Shown: positions 29,721 through 40,278 of the stretch, piece by piece
Numbering within the stretch: position 1 is the first letter of the stretch
How the letters are laid out: each line of letters starts with the position of its first letter
Assembly: GCA_965226795.1 (NCBI GenBank)
Contig: CBDDDZ010000005.1
Span: 32,001 to 96,000, forward strand
Source of the DNA: Candidatus Latescibacterota bacterium
GTDB lineage: Bacteria > Latescibacterota > UBA2968 > GCA-2709665
Reading direction: 5' to 3'
DNA length: 64,000 bases
Position numbers and translations under genes: made by a program
The notes under the pieces: model-generated
The model's input: the letters and a program-made list of their open reading frames with translations, nothing else
What the model was told of the DNA's origin: nothing
Databases searched by the model: none

Positions 29721-30800
29721 TTATCCACATCGGGCCTTGTGGAGGAGATGGTGGTCGGCCAGGACGAGCGCGATCATGGATTCGACCATCGGCACCGCGC
29801 GAGGCAGTACGCAGGGATCGTGGCGCCCGCGGCCCGCTAACGTGGCCGGGTTACCGTGAATATCCACGGTTTCCTGCGATTTGAGGATGGTTGCGGTCGG
29901 TTTGAAGGCGGCTCGGACAACGATGTTCTCGCCATTGGAGATGCCTCCCTGAATACCGCCGGAACGGTTGGTGCGTGTGCGTATCCTTTCCCCGTCGTTG
30001 AAGAATGGATCGTTGTGGCTGGAACCGGTGAGCGTTGTGCCGGCAAAACCGGAACCGATTTCAAATCCCTTGCAGGCTGGCAAAGAAAGGATGGCTTTGC
30101 CCAGGTCGGCTTCAAGTTTGTCGAATACGGGTTCCCCGAGGCCCGGCGGCACGTTGCGGGTCACGGCTTCCACGACGCCGCCGAGGGAGTCGCCGTCTTT
30201 GCGGGCCTGTTCGATCTGTTCGATCATTTGATCCGCAATACCGGAGTCGGGACAGCGCACAATATTGGATTCAATCTGATCCCGGGTGACGATGTCGGGG
30301 TCGACGTCGGCCGTCAGGTTGCGTACGCGTTTGACAAAGGCCAGGATCTCCATGCCAAGCGCCTGGTGCAGGATTTTGCGTGCAATCGCTCCGGCAGCCA
30401 CGCGACCTATGGTCTCGCGCGCGCTCGCCCGCCCGCCGCCTTGCCAGTCGCGGATACCGTATTTTGCCTGGTAGGTGTAGTCGGCGTGGGACGGACGGTA
30501 TTTTACGCGCATTTCCTCGTAGTCTTTGGAGCGGGCATCTTTGTTCCGGACAAGCAGCGAGATGGGCGTGCCTAGGGTCTTGCCTTCGAAGACACCGGAA
30601 AGGATTTCGACGCGGTCTTCTTCTTTTCGCTGGGTGGTGATTTTGCTCTGGCCGGGTCTGCGGCGATCCAGTTCGGTCTGAATCTCGCGGGACGTGATTT
30701 CGAGATTGGGTGGGCAGCCGTCAATAACGACGCCCACGCCGCCGCCGTGGGATTCGCCCCAGGTGGTGATGCGGAAGAGTTGACCGAAAGTGTTGCCCAT
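29721..30800 (-). CDS. aroC: Chorismate synthase
   Basis: [29 protein letters not shown]. Confidence 0.97.
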   Translation of the reverse strand: MGNTFGQLFRITTWGESHGGGVGVVIDGCPPNLEITSREIQTELDRRRPGQSKITTQRKEEDRVEILSGVFEGKTLGTPISLLVRNKDARSKDYEEMRVKYRPSHADYTYQAKYGIRDWQGGGRASARETIGRVAAGAIARKILHQALGMEILAFVKRVRNLTADVDPDIVTRDQIESNIVRCPDSGIADQMIEQIEQARKDGDSLGGVVEAVTRNVPPGLGEPVFDKLEADLGKAILSLPACKGFEIGSGFAGTTLTGSSHNDPFFNDGERIRTRTNRSGGIQGGISNGENIVVRAAFKPTATILKSQETVDIHGNPATLAGRGRHDPCVLPRAVPMVESMIALVLADHHLLHKARCG

Positions 30801-31039
30801 GCGGCGTTCGCTCCATAGCTGTATGCTGCCGGATTTCCCGTTCGTGAAGCCGTCGCCTCACCCCGCCGGAAACGGCCTCAAGTTACCGAATCCCCATATG
30901 CGGGTCAAGCAAAAGTCTGTGCGTGGGAGCGCTACTTTCCACGCGGCCAGCCGTTGTGGAAGCCCCTGATCCGCGATATCTTGACAGCGTCGGGTTGCGG
31001 GCCTATCTTGTGATCGCAAATTTTTTACAGGAGGTTCGC

Positions 31040-31822
31040 ATGGCTGAGAGTTACACAGGTATTCTCGAAGAAATGACCATCGACCAGGTTCGGGGGCTGA
31101 AGCCGGACGTTGCCGTGATTCCGATCGGGTCAACGGAACCGCACGGCCCTGCCCTGCCGTATGGTACCGATAGCTATCGGGCCGAGGCGATCGCCTGCGG
31201 CGCCACCCGGGAGGCAAACAGGCAGGGGGGCCGAGTGGTTTGTCTGCCCACCGTCCGCATCAGCCTGAACAACAATTTTCGCGCCTTTCCGTTCGCCTGC
31301 CGCATGCAGGTGTCTACGTTTATGGCCCTGCTGAAGGACCTGGTGAAAATGTGCGAGGCGGATGGCATCGAGAAGGTGGTATTCGTCAATGCCCACGGGG
31401 GCAATCCGGACGTGATCCGTGCGGCGATGCGCGACCTGGCTGGCGAGGACGGCGCATTCGTATGCCTGATCCAGGCATCTTCCTGCGCGTCGCTGGAGGC
31501 GCGGCAGGTTTGGGAGAAACCAAGCGACCACGCGGGCGAGGAAGAGACGTCTCAGATGCTCTACTTGCGACCCGACCTCGTCCATGCGGCCAAGATTGGC
31601 GACAATCCGCGCGTACAACCCGCGCTGGAAGTCCTCACGGAGTTTCAGGTGGATTTCGTCAGACCCTGGCATCTTTACATGCCGGCATCCGCCGGGGGAG
31701 ACGCAAGCCGGGCTTCCCGGGAAAAGGGAAAGATTGTTATCGATTCAAGCATCGACGGCACGGGCAGGTTTCTGGCCGAACTGTCCAGGGCCGACAGGAA
31801 TCGCAATTTCCCCTACCCGTAA
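31040..31822 (+). CDS. Creatininase family protein
   Basis: PIGSTEPHGPALPYGTD, NAHGGN, HAGEEETS; AGGAGG RBS. Confidence 0.9.
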   Translation: MAESYTGILEEMTIDQVRGLKPDVAVIPIGSTEPHGPALPYGTDSYRAEAIACGATREANRQGGRVVCLPTVRISLNNNFRAFPFACRMQVSTFMALLKDLVKMCEADGIEKVVFVNAHGGNPDVIRAAMRDLAGEDGAFVCLIQASSCASLEARQVWEKPSDHAGEEETSQMLYLRPDLVHAAKIGDNPRVQPALEVLTEFQVDFVRPWHLYMPASAGGDASRASREKGKIVIDSSIDGTGRFLAELSRADRNRNFPYP

Positions 31823-31900
31823 GCCATCGGACATTCGGTCCTCGTTCCCACACGACGGGCGCCGTGCCCGGGGATGCCGCTTTTCACACCGTCAACACTC

Positions 31901-32056
31901 GTGTCCCGTCCCGGAAATATGCTACCATTCATCCACCGATTCATCCCGTCTGGCTGCGTTGCCCTCGCTCGCCGACCTTGCCCAGGTCCGCAGGCGCCTT
32001 GCCAGCCGGGCGACTCGGCGGCCGAATTTTGGCAATCTATTTCCGGGACAGAACAC
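31901..32056. mobile_element. MITE-like element, copy 2 (156 bp, inverted relative to copy 1)
   Basis: GTGTCCCGTCCCGGAAATA...TATTTCCGGGACAGAACAC; interior matches the reverse complement of 19008-19169. Confidence 0.8.
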
Positions 32057-32067
32057 CGGAGGAGATC

Positions 32068-33165
32068 ATGATAAACTACCAGGACCTTGGGGTCAGACCG
32101 TTCATTAACGCCAGCGGGACAATTACGACCCTCGGCGGCAGTCTGATGCCTTCCGAAGTGCTGGAGGCCATGCGGGCGGCGGCGGGGGCGTTTGTCGGTC
32201 TTCCGGAACTGAACGAAAGGGCGGGCGAATACCTGGCCGGAAAAATCGGCGTTGAGGCGGCATTCGTTTCCTGTGGCGCGGCAAGCGGCGTGCAGCTTTC
32301 GGCGGCCGCGTGTCTGACGGGTACGGACGCCGAAAGGGTTCGGGCGCTGCCGCATACGGAAGGCTGGCGGAACGAGTTCGTGATCAGCCTCGTGGACTCC
32401 CATACGTACATCCACCAGGGGATCGAGATCTGCGGCGGAAAGCTGGTGCGGGTGGGCGGCAGGAAGGAGGTGACGGCCAGGGACATTCTGGGAGGGATCA
32501 CGGAGCGGACGGCGGCCGTGGTCCATTTTATGGGAACGCAGAGGAAGGCCCAACTCGAAGAAGTGGTTGCCGGGGCGGACGGCTTGGGGGTCCCGGTGGT
32601 GGTCGACGCCGCGGCCCAGCTTCCGCCCAGGACGAATCTGACGGAGATTGTAGACATCGGCGCGAGCCTGGTGGTCTTCAGCGGGGGCAAGGGCCTTAGG
32701 GGGCCGCAGTGCACGGGGCTGGTCCTGGGAAAAAGGGAGTACGTGGACGCGGTCAGTTTGAACGCCAGCCCCTTCAGCGCGGTGGGGCGTGGAATGAAAG
32801 TGGGCAAGGAAGAGATCCTCGGGCTGGTGGCGGCTGTGGATCTGTTTCTGGCAGGGAGCGACGAGGATGACCGGACCACCTGGCATCAACAGGCGAAGCG
32901 GGTGGTTGAGGTCGTGTCGGAAATACCGGGCGTCGGGGCCTACGTATTGGGAGAGGGCCAGCAGGCGTCTCCCGATTTCGCCCCCAGGGCGTACGTGGAT
33001 CTCCCGGATGGGGAAACAGACGAGGTGATTCGGGCGATGGGGGAGGGAGAGCCTCCGGTGATTGTACGTCGAAGCGGGAAGGGAATCGTCGTGGATCCGA
33101 TGACGCTGACGCCGGGCGAGGAAGAGATCGTCGGCCATCGCTTAAAGGAGGTGTTGAGCCGATGA
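32068..33165 (+). CDS. SelA-related (DgaE-like) PLP-dependent enzyme
   Basis: GVRPFINASGTITTLGGS, VDAAAQ, FSGGKGLRGPQ, GRGMKVGKEE; GGAGGAG RBS. The ORF-track extension to 31240 is spurious. Confidence 0.85.
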   Translation: MINYQDLGVRPFINASGTITTLGGSLMPSEVLEAMRAAAGAFVGLPELNERAGEYLAGKIGVEAAFVSCGAASGVQLSAAACLTGTDAERVRALPHTEGWRNEFVISLVDSHTYIHQGIEICGGKLVRVGGRKEVTARDILGGITERTAAVVHFMGTQRKAQLEEVVAGADGLGVPVVVDAAAQLPPRTNLTEIVDIGASLVVFSGGKGLRGPQCTGLVLGKREYVDAVSLNASPFSAVGRGMKVGKEEILGLVAAVDLFLAGSDEDDRTTWHQQAKRVVEVVSEIPGVGAYVLGEGQQASPDFAPRAYVDLPDGETDEVIRAMGEGEPPVIVRRSGKGIVVDPMTLTPGEEEIVGHRLKEVLSR

Positions 33166-33998
33166 TTGACGCCCATCTGCACATTGGCCATCAGGGCAGG
33201 AGTATCGAGAATACGATCCGGCATATCGAGGGCATCGGCGCGGAGAAGGCGGTGTTCCTGCCGATTGAGACGGGCGACCGCGAATACGAGTGGCTATCCG
33301 ACGCAGTGGCGATGGCGCATGAGCGTTACCCGGACAAAGTCATTCCCTTCTGCCACGTGGACGTGACACGGGAAGACGCGGTTGCGGAACTCGAACGACG
33401 CGCCGCATTGGGTGTGTTCAGGGGGTACGGGGAACAGAAACAGCACGTACCGTTGAATCATCGCGGGCTGGAGCGGGTGCTGGCGTTCTGCAACGAGATG
33501 CGCTGGCCCGTCACGTGGCATTTTCAGGAGGGGAGTCGGGGTTACAACCAGGGGATCGAACATTTGGAGACGCTGGTGCGCAAGTTTCCGGAAATCCGGT
33601 TCATCGGACACGCGCAGTCCTGGTGGGCCAATATCAGTGCCGAAGTGCCCCCGCCGGAGGAAACGCTGTACCCCCTGGGGCCCGTGGTTCAGGGTGGACT
33701 GGCGGACCGGCTGCTGTCCGACTACGAAAACGTCTATGCGGACCTGTCCGCCGGGTCTGGTCTGGGGGCGCTCACCCGCGACGAGGCGTTTGGCAGGGAT
33801 TTTCTGATGCGCCACCGGCGAAAGCTGCTGTTCGCCACCGATTGCCCTTGTGCCGACGGGCAGGGGGCCGATTATCCGCCGGGGTGTTTTGCGGCGAAGA
33901 GTCTGCCTTATCTGAGGCGGATGGTGGACGATCCGGAAGCGCTGGAGGATATTCTGCATCGGAACGCGGTTCGCGTAATCGGACTGGAGGAAGTGTAG
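33162..33998 (+). CDS. Amidohydrolase_2 family metallohydrolase
   Basis: IDAHLH, GHAQSWW, NVYADLSAGSG, LLFATD. Confidence 0.88.
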   Translation: MIDAHLHIGHQGRSIENTIRHIEGIGAEKAVFLPIETGDREYEWLSDAVAMAHERYPDKVIPFCHVDVTREDAVAELERRAALGVFRGYGEQKQHVPLNHRGLERVLAFCNEMRWPVTWHFQEGSRGYNQGIEHLETLVRKFPEIRFIGHAQSWWANISAEVPPPEETLYPLGPVVQGGLADRLLSDYENVYADLSAGSGLGALTRDEAFGRDFLMRHRRKLLFATDCPCADGQGADYPPGCFAAKSLPYLRRMVDDPEALEDILHRNAVRVIGLEEV

Positions 33999-34085
33999 GG
34001 GCGACCGGCCGGCCCTACGCCAATATGGACGGAACGCTGCTAGCGCTGTCGGGGAATTTGTAGGGGCAACCCTAGTGGTTGCCCG
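33995..34085. repeat. GTAG-type REP-like palindromes
   Basis: GTAGGGGCGACCGGCCGGCCCTAC and GTAGGGGCAACCCTAGTGGTTGCCC. Confidence 0.6.
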
Positions 34086-34134
34086 CCTGTCCGCTGATTG
34101 TTGCTCGCTAAAATCGTTGCTAAATTCTTACTTT

Positions 34135-34680
34135 ATGTCCTTTTTCTTTCTCGCCAAAGAAAAAGGACGAAAAAGAACGGCGCCTGCCTGCCGAGCACGA
34201 CTCGGCGCAGGCAGGCCGCTCGGCGCGGAGCCGGTTTTTCCGCGAATTACCTCAAGGGAAACAACGAGCGTCATTGCCCTGCGACCGCTGGGAGCGATTC
34301 AGAACAACGTTGCTGGACGGATCAGCACGGAAAAACCCCAACCCAACCACCGGTCGCGCCAGGGGCAAAATGCACTATTGTGCGAGAGACCCCCTTTCTC
34401 CATACGCCAGTTGAAAGGCGAATACTATTTACCACGAGAAACCTACATCCACATCCCTCAACTTCAGGATGCCGATGGCGTCTTGTTGACCGGATCCATC
34501 CAGAGGACTACCAGAGCAGAGCGCGTGGTTCCGTCCAGCAGCGAACCCGGATATCCGCATTCGGCGTGTAGGGCAGAAGTTTCGGTGGATTCCGTGAGGC
34601 GATTCGCGCTATGCATATGGCAGGCCCCGCGCCCAGCGGCGACTTTTGGTTCCTTTTGGTCGCTTCAAAAGGAACTCGCC
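34135..34680. repeat. Non-coding element with inverted hairpin-bearing ends; left part repeated at 40385-40556
   Basis: Left end GTCCTTTTTCTTT...AAAGAAAAAGGACGAAAAAG; right end CTTTTGGTTCCTTTTG...CAAAAGGAAC. Blocks CCGCTCGGCGCGG.GCCGGTTTTTCCGC and TTGCTG.ACGGATC...CGGAAAAACCCC recur at 40.4-40.55 kb. Confidence 0.65.
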
Positions 34681-34771
34681 GAAGGCAGGGAATCTGAGGA
34701 GAAGTGGATTTTCGGTTTGGTTTCAAGCTAACGGCTCATTTATATCTTACGGTTTCCGAAAAAGGATCCGG

Positions 34772-36223
34772 ATGTCAATCGCGATTAAAGATATCGATTT
34801 GAACGTGCTGAATATGAAAGCGCGAATGCCGTTCCGGTACGGGATCGCGTCTCTCGTCGCCGTGCCCCATCTGTTCGTCCGGGTGACCGCGGAGATAGGC
34901 GGACGCCGGGAGGTCGGGCTAGCGGCGGACGGGCTCCCGCCCAAGTGGTTTACCAAGAACCCGGAGGCGTCTTTCGAGGACGACCTGGATGAAATGCTGG
35001 CGGTGATCCGGCAGGCATGCCGTCTGGCTCTGGCGGCGGGCCCCGCGGAGACCGTCCACGAATTCTGGCGGGAAATCTACAACGCTCAGGAGGAATGGGC
35101 GGTATCGTGTGCTTATCCGCCATTGCTGTGGGGTTTCGGTGTGAGCCTGGTGGAGCGGGCACTGATCGACGCGTACTGCCGGGTAACCGGGTCCACGTTC
35201 GAAGGTGCGTTGCGGGAAAATGCGTTCGGCATTCGGCTGGGCGAGATACACCGCGACCTGAAGGGGGTCCAGCCCCAGGCGCTGCTGCCCGAACGGGCGA
35301 GCAGGTCGATTCTGGCCCGCCATACCGTGGGGTTGACCGATCCCCTGACGGACGCGGATATCCCCGGGGACGAACGTGTGGACGACGGACTGCCGCAATC
35401 TCTCGAAGCCAGTATACAGGCGTACGGTCTGACGCATCTAAAGATCAAATTGTGCGGCGATGCGGCTCGGGACGCTGACCGGTTGAAGCATATCGCCGGA
35501 TTGATGGGACGACATTCCGGATCCGACTACGCATTTACGCTGGATGGGAACGAGCAATACACTGAAATCGATCCGTTCCGGTCGTTGTGGGAGGCCGTTA
35601 CGGCGGATCCGTCGCTCGATCGGTTCATGGGTCGGCTGTTGTTTGTGGAGCAGCCGTTGAGGCGTGACGTCGCCCTGGGCGAGGGCGTGGGCGCCGCGCT
35701 GCGGGACTGGACGGGCCGTCCGCCGATGATCATCGATGAGTCGGACGGGACGCTGACCAGTGCGGCGGAGGCGCTGGAACTGGGATATGCCGGAACAAGC
35801 CACAAGAACTGCAAGGGAATCTTCAAGGGCGTCGCGAGCGCCTGTCTCATCGCGGACAGACGGCAGAAGGACCCCGGCCGGAAGTACGTCCTGAGTAGCG
35901 AGGACCTGGGCAATGTCGGCCCCGTCGCGCTGCTGCAGGACCTGGCGGTGGCGGCATGTCTGGGGGTGGGGCATACGGAACGCAACGGTCATCACTATTT
36001 CACGGGGCTGAGCATGTATCCCCACGACGTTCAGTCGAAAGTTCTCCAGCATCACGGCACGCTTTACCGCCTTCACGAGGCGGGGTTTCCCACGCTGAAC
36101 GTACAGGGTGGACGGCTGAACATCGCCAGCGTCGTCGATGCGCCCTTCGGTTACGGGTTCGATCTTGATACCACGAGGTTTACGCCTCTGGAGGATTGGT
36201 CGGCGGCATCTCTGGATCTCTGA
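34772..36223 (+). CDS. Enolase-superfamily-like protein of unknown specificity
   Basis: RMPFRYG N-terminus, KIK motif, LDGNE, VEQP, IIDESD metal ligands. Confidence 0.75.
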   Translation: MSIAIKDIDLNVLNMKARMPFRYGIASLVAVPHLFVRVTAEIGGRREVGLAADGLPPKWFTKNPEASFEDDLDEMLAVIRQACRLALAAGPAETVHEFWREIYNAQEEWAVSCAYPPLLWGFGVSLVERALIDAYCRVTGSTFEGALRENAFGIRLGEIHRDLKGVQPQALLPERASRSILARHTVGLTDPLTDADIPGDERVDDGLPQSLEASIQAYGLTHLKIKLCGDAARDADRLKHIAGLMGRHSGSDYAFTLDGNEQYTEIDPFRSLWEAVTADPSLDRFMGRLLFVEQPLRRDVALGEGVGAALRDWTGRPPMIIDESDGTLTSAAEALELGYAGTSHKNCKGIFKGVASACLIADRRQKDPGRKYVLSSEDLGNVGPVALLQDLAVAACLGVGHTERNGHHYFTGLSMYPHDVQSKVLQHHGTLYRLHEAGFPTLNVQGGRLNIASVVDAPFGYGFDLDTTRFTPLEDWSAASLDL

Positions 36224-36354
36224 GGATCCTCGGCCGGAGAACGCCGCGTGCACGCCTGGCGGCAATCGGATGCGGTACCACGTGTTCAATTGCGGCCCTT
36301 GACGGCCCCTTAAGCTGGAATGTAGACGAATCCCCGTTTTCCCGGAGGACAGGT

Positions 36355-37740
36355 TTGGAACAGATCGACTGGAATGCGGTCCGTGAGGAGGTGGCGGGAT
36401 ATCTTCAGGATCTGATCCGCCTGGACACGACCAATCCGCCCGGAAACGAGATACTCGCGGCGGAGTACCTTGCCGGGGTGTTGCGGAGCGAGGGTTTCGA
36501 TCCCCGGGTGACCGAGTCGCGGCCGGGGCGGGGCAACGTTACCGCTCGGCTGGCCGGCGGCGGCGAGCCGCTCGTGCTGCTGGGGCATACGGACGTGGTG
36601 GCGGTTGAACCCGACAGATGGCGGCATCCGCCGTTCGGCGGAGAGTTCCACGACGGGTACGTCTGGGGGCGCGGCGCGCTGGATATGAAAAATATGGTGG
36701 CGGCCGAGCTGATGGTGTTTCTGCTGTTGAAGCGGCAGCGGATCAATCTGAAGCGGGATGTGATTTTCGCCGCCACGGCCGATGAAGAGGCGGGTAAGGG
36801 AGACCATGGCATCGGCTGGCTGCTGGACAACCATCCGGAGCACGTGGACGCGCCCTTTGTGATGACGGAGGGCGGCGGCGCGGACTTTCGGGTGGGTGAT
36901 GCCCGGTTCTATACGTGCCAGACAGGGCAGAAGGGGATCTGCAGATTTCGGATGGTGGCCCGTGGGCAGCCCGGCCATGGATCCAGGCCGCACCCCGAGA
37001 ATGCCCTGGTGAGGCTTTCGGAAGCGGTCGCAGCCCTGGGACGGGCCGTGTTGCCGATGCATCCCTCCGGGACCGTCCGCGCTTTCCTTGACGGAATTGC
37101 GGAAACCCAGGATTCCTGCACGGCGGACCTGCTGCGACGAGTCCTGGATCCTTCGTGCAGTGAGTCGGCGCTCGGATCGCTTCCGGTGGCGCCCGAGATC
37201 GTGTCGAACCTGCGCGCGTTGCTGCGAAACACGGCTTCCGTGACCATGCTGCAGGCCGGGCAGAAGATCAACGTGATCCCCACCGAGGCGACGGCGTGGG
37301 TCGACGGCAGGCTTGCGCCGGGGCAGACCGATACGAGCTTCTTCGAGGAGATCCGGCCGCTGATAGGAGACGATGTTCGTATCGAGGTGGACCAGTACAC
37401 TCCGCCGCTGGAGGCCGGGATCGACTCTCCGCTGTACCGGACCATTGTGGAGGTGATGGCGGATCACGACCCCGGGGTGCGTGTGGTGCCGTCACTATCC
37501 ACGGGGGGAACGGATGCGAAACACATCTGCCCGCGCCGGCCGGAGACCCAGGTGTACGGTTTTATGCCCTACAGGGGCGCCCCGGGAGAAGAGGAATGGA
37601 ATCTGATTCACGGGCATGACGAACGCACCTCGGTGGAGAACCTGTGGTTCGGCACACGGGTGCTGTACGATATCGTACATCGATTTTGCGGAGTCGGTGG
37701 TGGTTCGCGCCTCTCTGGAAACCAATCGGGGGTATTTTGA
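36355..37740 (+). CDS. M20/M25/M40 family metallo-hydrolase
   Basis: TTNPPGNE, GHTDVV, GRGALDMK, DEEAG, GGTD, HGHDER; TTG start after GGAGG. Confidence 0.9.
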   Translation: MEQIDWNAVREEVAGYLQDLIRLDTTNPPGNEILAAEYLAGVLRSEGFDPRVTESRPGRGNVTARLAGGGEPLVLLGHTDVVAVEPDRWRHPPFGGEFHDGYVWGRGALDMKNMVAAELMVFLLLKRQRINLKRDVIFAATADEEAGKGDHGIGWLLDNHPEHVDAPFVMTEGGGADFRVGDARFYTCQTGQKGICRFRMVARGQPGHGSRPHPENALVRLSEAVAALGRAVLPMHPSGTVRAFLDGIAETQDSCTADLLRRVLDPSCSESALGSLPVAPEIVSNLRALLRNTASVTMLQAGQKINVIPTEATAWVDGRLAPGQTDTSFFEEIRPLIGDDVRIEVDQYTPPLEAGIDSPLYRTIVEVMADHDPGVRVVPSLSTGGTDAKHICPRRPETQVYGFMPYRGAPGEEEWNLIHGHDERTSVENLWFGTRVLYDIVHRFCGVGGGSRLSGNQSGVF

Positions 37741-38714
37741 TGCGGGTCCTGGTAACGGATTACGCGTGGGCCGACCTTACTGTGGAAAAGAGCGTCCTGG
37801 AAGAGATCGGGGTCGAGCTGGTGGCCGCGCCGGATGGAAACGAAGCGACGCTGGCGCGGCTGGCATCGGGCGTCAGTGGCATTATGACCTGCTGGGCCCA
37901 GACCACGAGGCAGGTCATTCAGGCCGCGCTGCCGGATCTGAAGGTGGTGACGCGTTACGGGGTGGGGTTGGACAATATAGACGTGGCCTACGCAACCGCG
38001 CAGAAGATACCCGTGGCATACGTGCCGGACTATTGTACGGTGGACGTAGCGGAGCATGCCATGGCGCTGTTGTTGGCGCTTTCGCGCAAGGTGGCGGGAT
38101 TTGACCGGACGGTTCGCGAGGATGTTTGGGATATCCAGGCCTGTTTGCCGCTGAATCGCCTGACCGGGCGGACGCTGGGGCTGATCGGCTTTGGGCGCAT
38201 CGCCCGGGAGGTCGCGGGCCGCGCGGCGGTTTTCGGGCTTCGCGTGCTGGCGACCGCCCCGTCACTGACGCCCGGGACCACGGGCGCCGGGGGCGTCGAG
38301 GCCGTGACGCCGGATGAATTGTTGCAGATGTCGGACTATGTCTCGATTCATTGTCCTTCCACGGAAAAGACGCGGGGACTGATCGACGCGGATGCCCTGC
38401 GAAAGATGAAGCCCACGGCCTGCCTGATCAATACGTCGCGAGGCGATATCGTGGATGAGACCGCGCTGGCCGATGCGCTGGATGCGGGCGAGATCGCGGG
38501 GGCTGCCCTGGATGTCCGTGTACAGGAGCCGCCGGGCGAGGGCGACCGGCTTATCGGGATGCCCCAGGTAATCCATACACCACATGCGGCATTTTATTCG
38601 GCGGAGTCCCTGATCGAACTGCGGGAGCGTGCGGCCATGGAGACCCGCAGGGTCCTGCAGGGTGAAGATCCGGAGAACCTGGTGAATCCGGAATACAGGC
38701 GGACCGGCGGGTGA
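37740..38714 (+). CDS. D-2-hydroxyacid dehydrogenase (CtBP-like)
   Basis: RYGVGLDNID, PDYC..DVAEH, GLIGFGRI, INTSRG, TPHAAFYS. Confidence 0.92.
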   Translation: MRVLVTDYAWADLTVEKSVLEEIGVELVAAPDGNEATLARLASGVSGIMTCWAQTTRQVIQAALPDLKVVTRYGVGLDNIDVAYATAQKIPVAYVPDYCTVDVAEHAMALLLALSRKVAGFDRTVREDVWDIQACLPLNRLTGRTLGLIGFGRIAREVAGRAAVFGLRVLATAPSLTPGTTGAGGVEAVTPDELLQMSDYVSIHCPSTEKTRGLIDADALRKMKPTACLINTSRGDIVDETALADALDAGEIAGAALDVRVQEPPGEGDRLIGMPQVIHTPHAAFYSAESLIELRERAAMETRRVLQGEDPENLVNPEYRRTGG

Positions 38715-38820
38715 TGTCAATGCGTATGGCGAGGCCGATCCCCGTGGGTGCATGGAAGGAAGGCATTGCGGGTGTGGCTGTGTCCATGGTGCGATCCCTT
38801 ATTGCTTTACAGGAGTCGTG

Positions 38821-40188
38821 ATGTCCGAGAAGCCCAATTTACTGGTACTTATGTGCGATCAGCTTCGTCGCGACGCGCTGTCGATTCATGGCGACGCGAA
38901 CCTGCAGACGCCGCATATAGACGCGCTGGCAACCCGGGGCGTCAGATTCTCAAACGCCTGTTCAACCTATCCGATATGCGTGCCGTTCCGTTTTACGTTC
39001 ATGACCGGGGAATATGCGCACAGCCGAAAGGTGCCCGGTATCGAGTACCGCATGTCACCCACCGAATACACGTTGGCCGACGCGTTCAACGAGGCTGGGT
39101 ACGAAACGGTCTACGTGGGAAAGTGGCACCTGGACGGCGGTCACGGGAGGATGGGTTCCGCGCTTGAATGCGGGCGTACGCCGGTACCCCGGGCGTACCA
39201 GGGCCGCTGGGAGAAGTGGTTCGGGTTCGAACTCAGAAACGCGCCTTTCGACACGTATTATTTCGAGGACGGCGATCCGACGCCAAAGCCCATCCGGGGT
39301 TATCAGACCGACGGGTTGTACGATATCGGAATGAACTACCTTGCCGGGGAAAGGGATCCGTCAAGGCCGTTTTGCATGGTAATTTCCGTCGAGCCGCCCC
39401 ACGATCCATTCGAAGCCCCGCCCGATATCCAGGCGGCGTGGGAAGCCAGGGAGATTGAACTGCCGTCCAATTTCGAGGCGTCCGACGACGCGCGGCGCGA
39501 GGCATTGGTGCTGGATCGGAAGCGATATTACGCGATGGTGGAGAACCTCGACGCCAACGTGAAGCGGATGACGGATTTTCTGGAGGCACAGGGGCTGGCG
39601 GAGAATACCGTGGTGATGTTCGTTTCGGATCACGGCGAACTGGGCGGCAGCCACGGTTTGAGAGGGAAGCAGTGGCCGTACGAGGAGTCCGTCGGCATTC
39701 CGGCGATCGTTTACGACCCCCGGTTCCCGCGCCGGGCGGGTGCGATGATCGAGGATCCGATCTGCACCGAGGATTTCTTCCCCACGCTACTGGGTCTGGC
39801 GGGGCTGGCGCCCGGAGAGCACCTGATGGGTACGGATCTGTCGGCGTTGATACACGGTGAAATCGACTCGCTGGATCGCGAAGGCGTTCTGCTGGAATTC
39901 GTAGCCGAACTCCGCAAGGGGATGGCGTTCAACCAGTGGGTGTGGCGCGCGTTTCGCAGCCGGCGCTACAAGTATACCGTCCGGGGAGACAAAATGGGCG
40001 CGGGCGCCTGGCAGTTTTTCGATCTGGAGGCCGATCCCCTTGAACGCCGGAATCTGATCGATCACCCCAACTTCCAGGACGAGATTGCGCGGCACCACAG
40101 GCTTCTCAGAGAACGTCTGGTTGAGACCGGGGATCATTTTGTGTTGCTGCCGGCCTTTGGTTGCGAGGGCGTTAACCTGTGGCGGTAG
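38821..40188 (+). CDS. Sulfatase (Cys-type, formylglycine-dependent)
   Basis: PNLLVLMCDQ, CVPFR (CxPxR), GKWHL, PPHDP, SDHGE. Confidence 0.93.
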   Translation: MSEKPNLLVLMCDQLRRDALSIHGDANLQTPHIDALATRGVRFSNACSTYPICVPFRFTFMTGEYAHSRKVPGIEYRMSPTEYTLADAFNEAGYETVYVGKWHLDGGHGRMGSALECGRTPVPRAYQGRWEKWFGFELRNAPFDTYYFEDGDPTPKPIRGYQTDGLYDIGMNYLAGERDPSRPFCMVISVEPPHDPFEAPPDIQAAWEAREIELPSNFEASDDARREALVLDRKRYYAMVENLDANVKRMTDFLEAQGLAENTVVMFVSDHGELGGSHGLRGKQWPYEESVGIPAIVYDPRFPRRAGAMIEDPICTEDFFPTLLGLAGLAPGEHLMGTDLSALIHGEIDSLDREGVLLEFVAELRKGMAFNQWVWRAFRSRRYKYTVRGDKMGAGAWQFFDLEADPLERRNLIDHPNFQDEIARHHRLLRERLVETGDHFVLLPAFGCEGVNLWR

Positions 40189-40278
40189 CGCCCAGTACCG
40201 GAATTATGTCACCATTCTTTCCTGTCTGCCTGTCAAAACGCGCCTACCGAAACGTGGTCGTTGCCTGTGCTGCCTGCA

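Noticed and set aside
31240..32067. 641-aa ORF suggesting a long N-terminal extension of the SelA-like protein
   Set aside because: It overlaps the creatininase gene in another frame and runs through a MITE. A strong RBS and family homology start at 32068.
32068..33165. Calling this gene selA because a selenoprotein lies in the window
   Set aside because: It is short (365 aa), has DgaE-like motifs and a catabolic context, and has no selB or selD neighbour. No link to Sec synthesis can be supported.
34075..34731. 218-aa and 157-aa ORFs in the intergenic element
   Set aside because: They span palindromic repeat DNA and have no RBS or recognisable domain.
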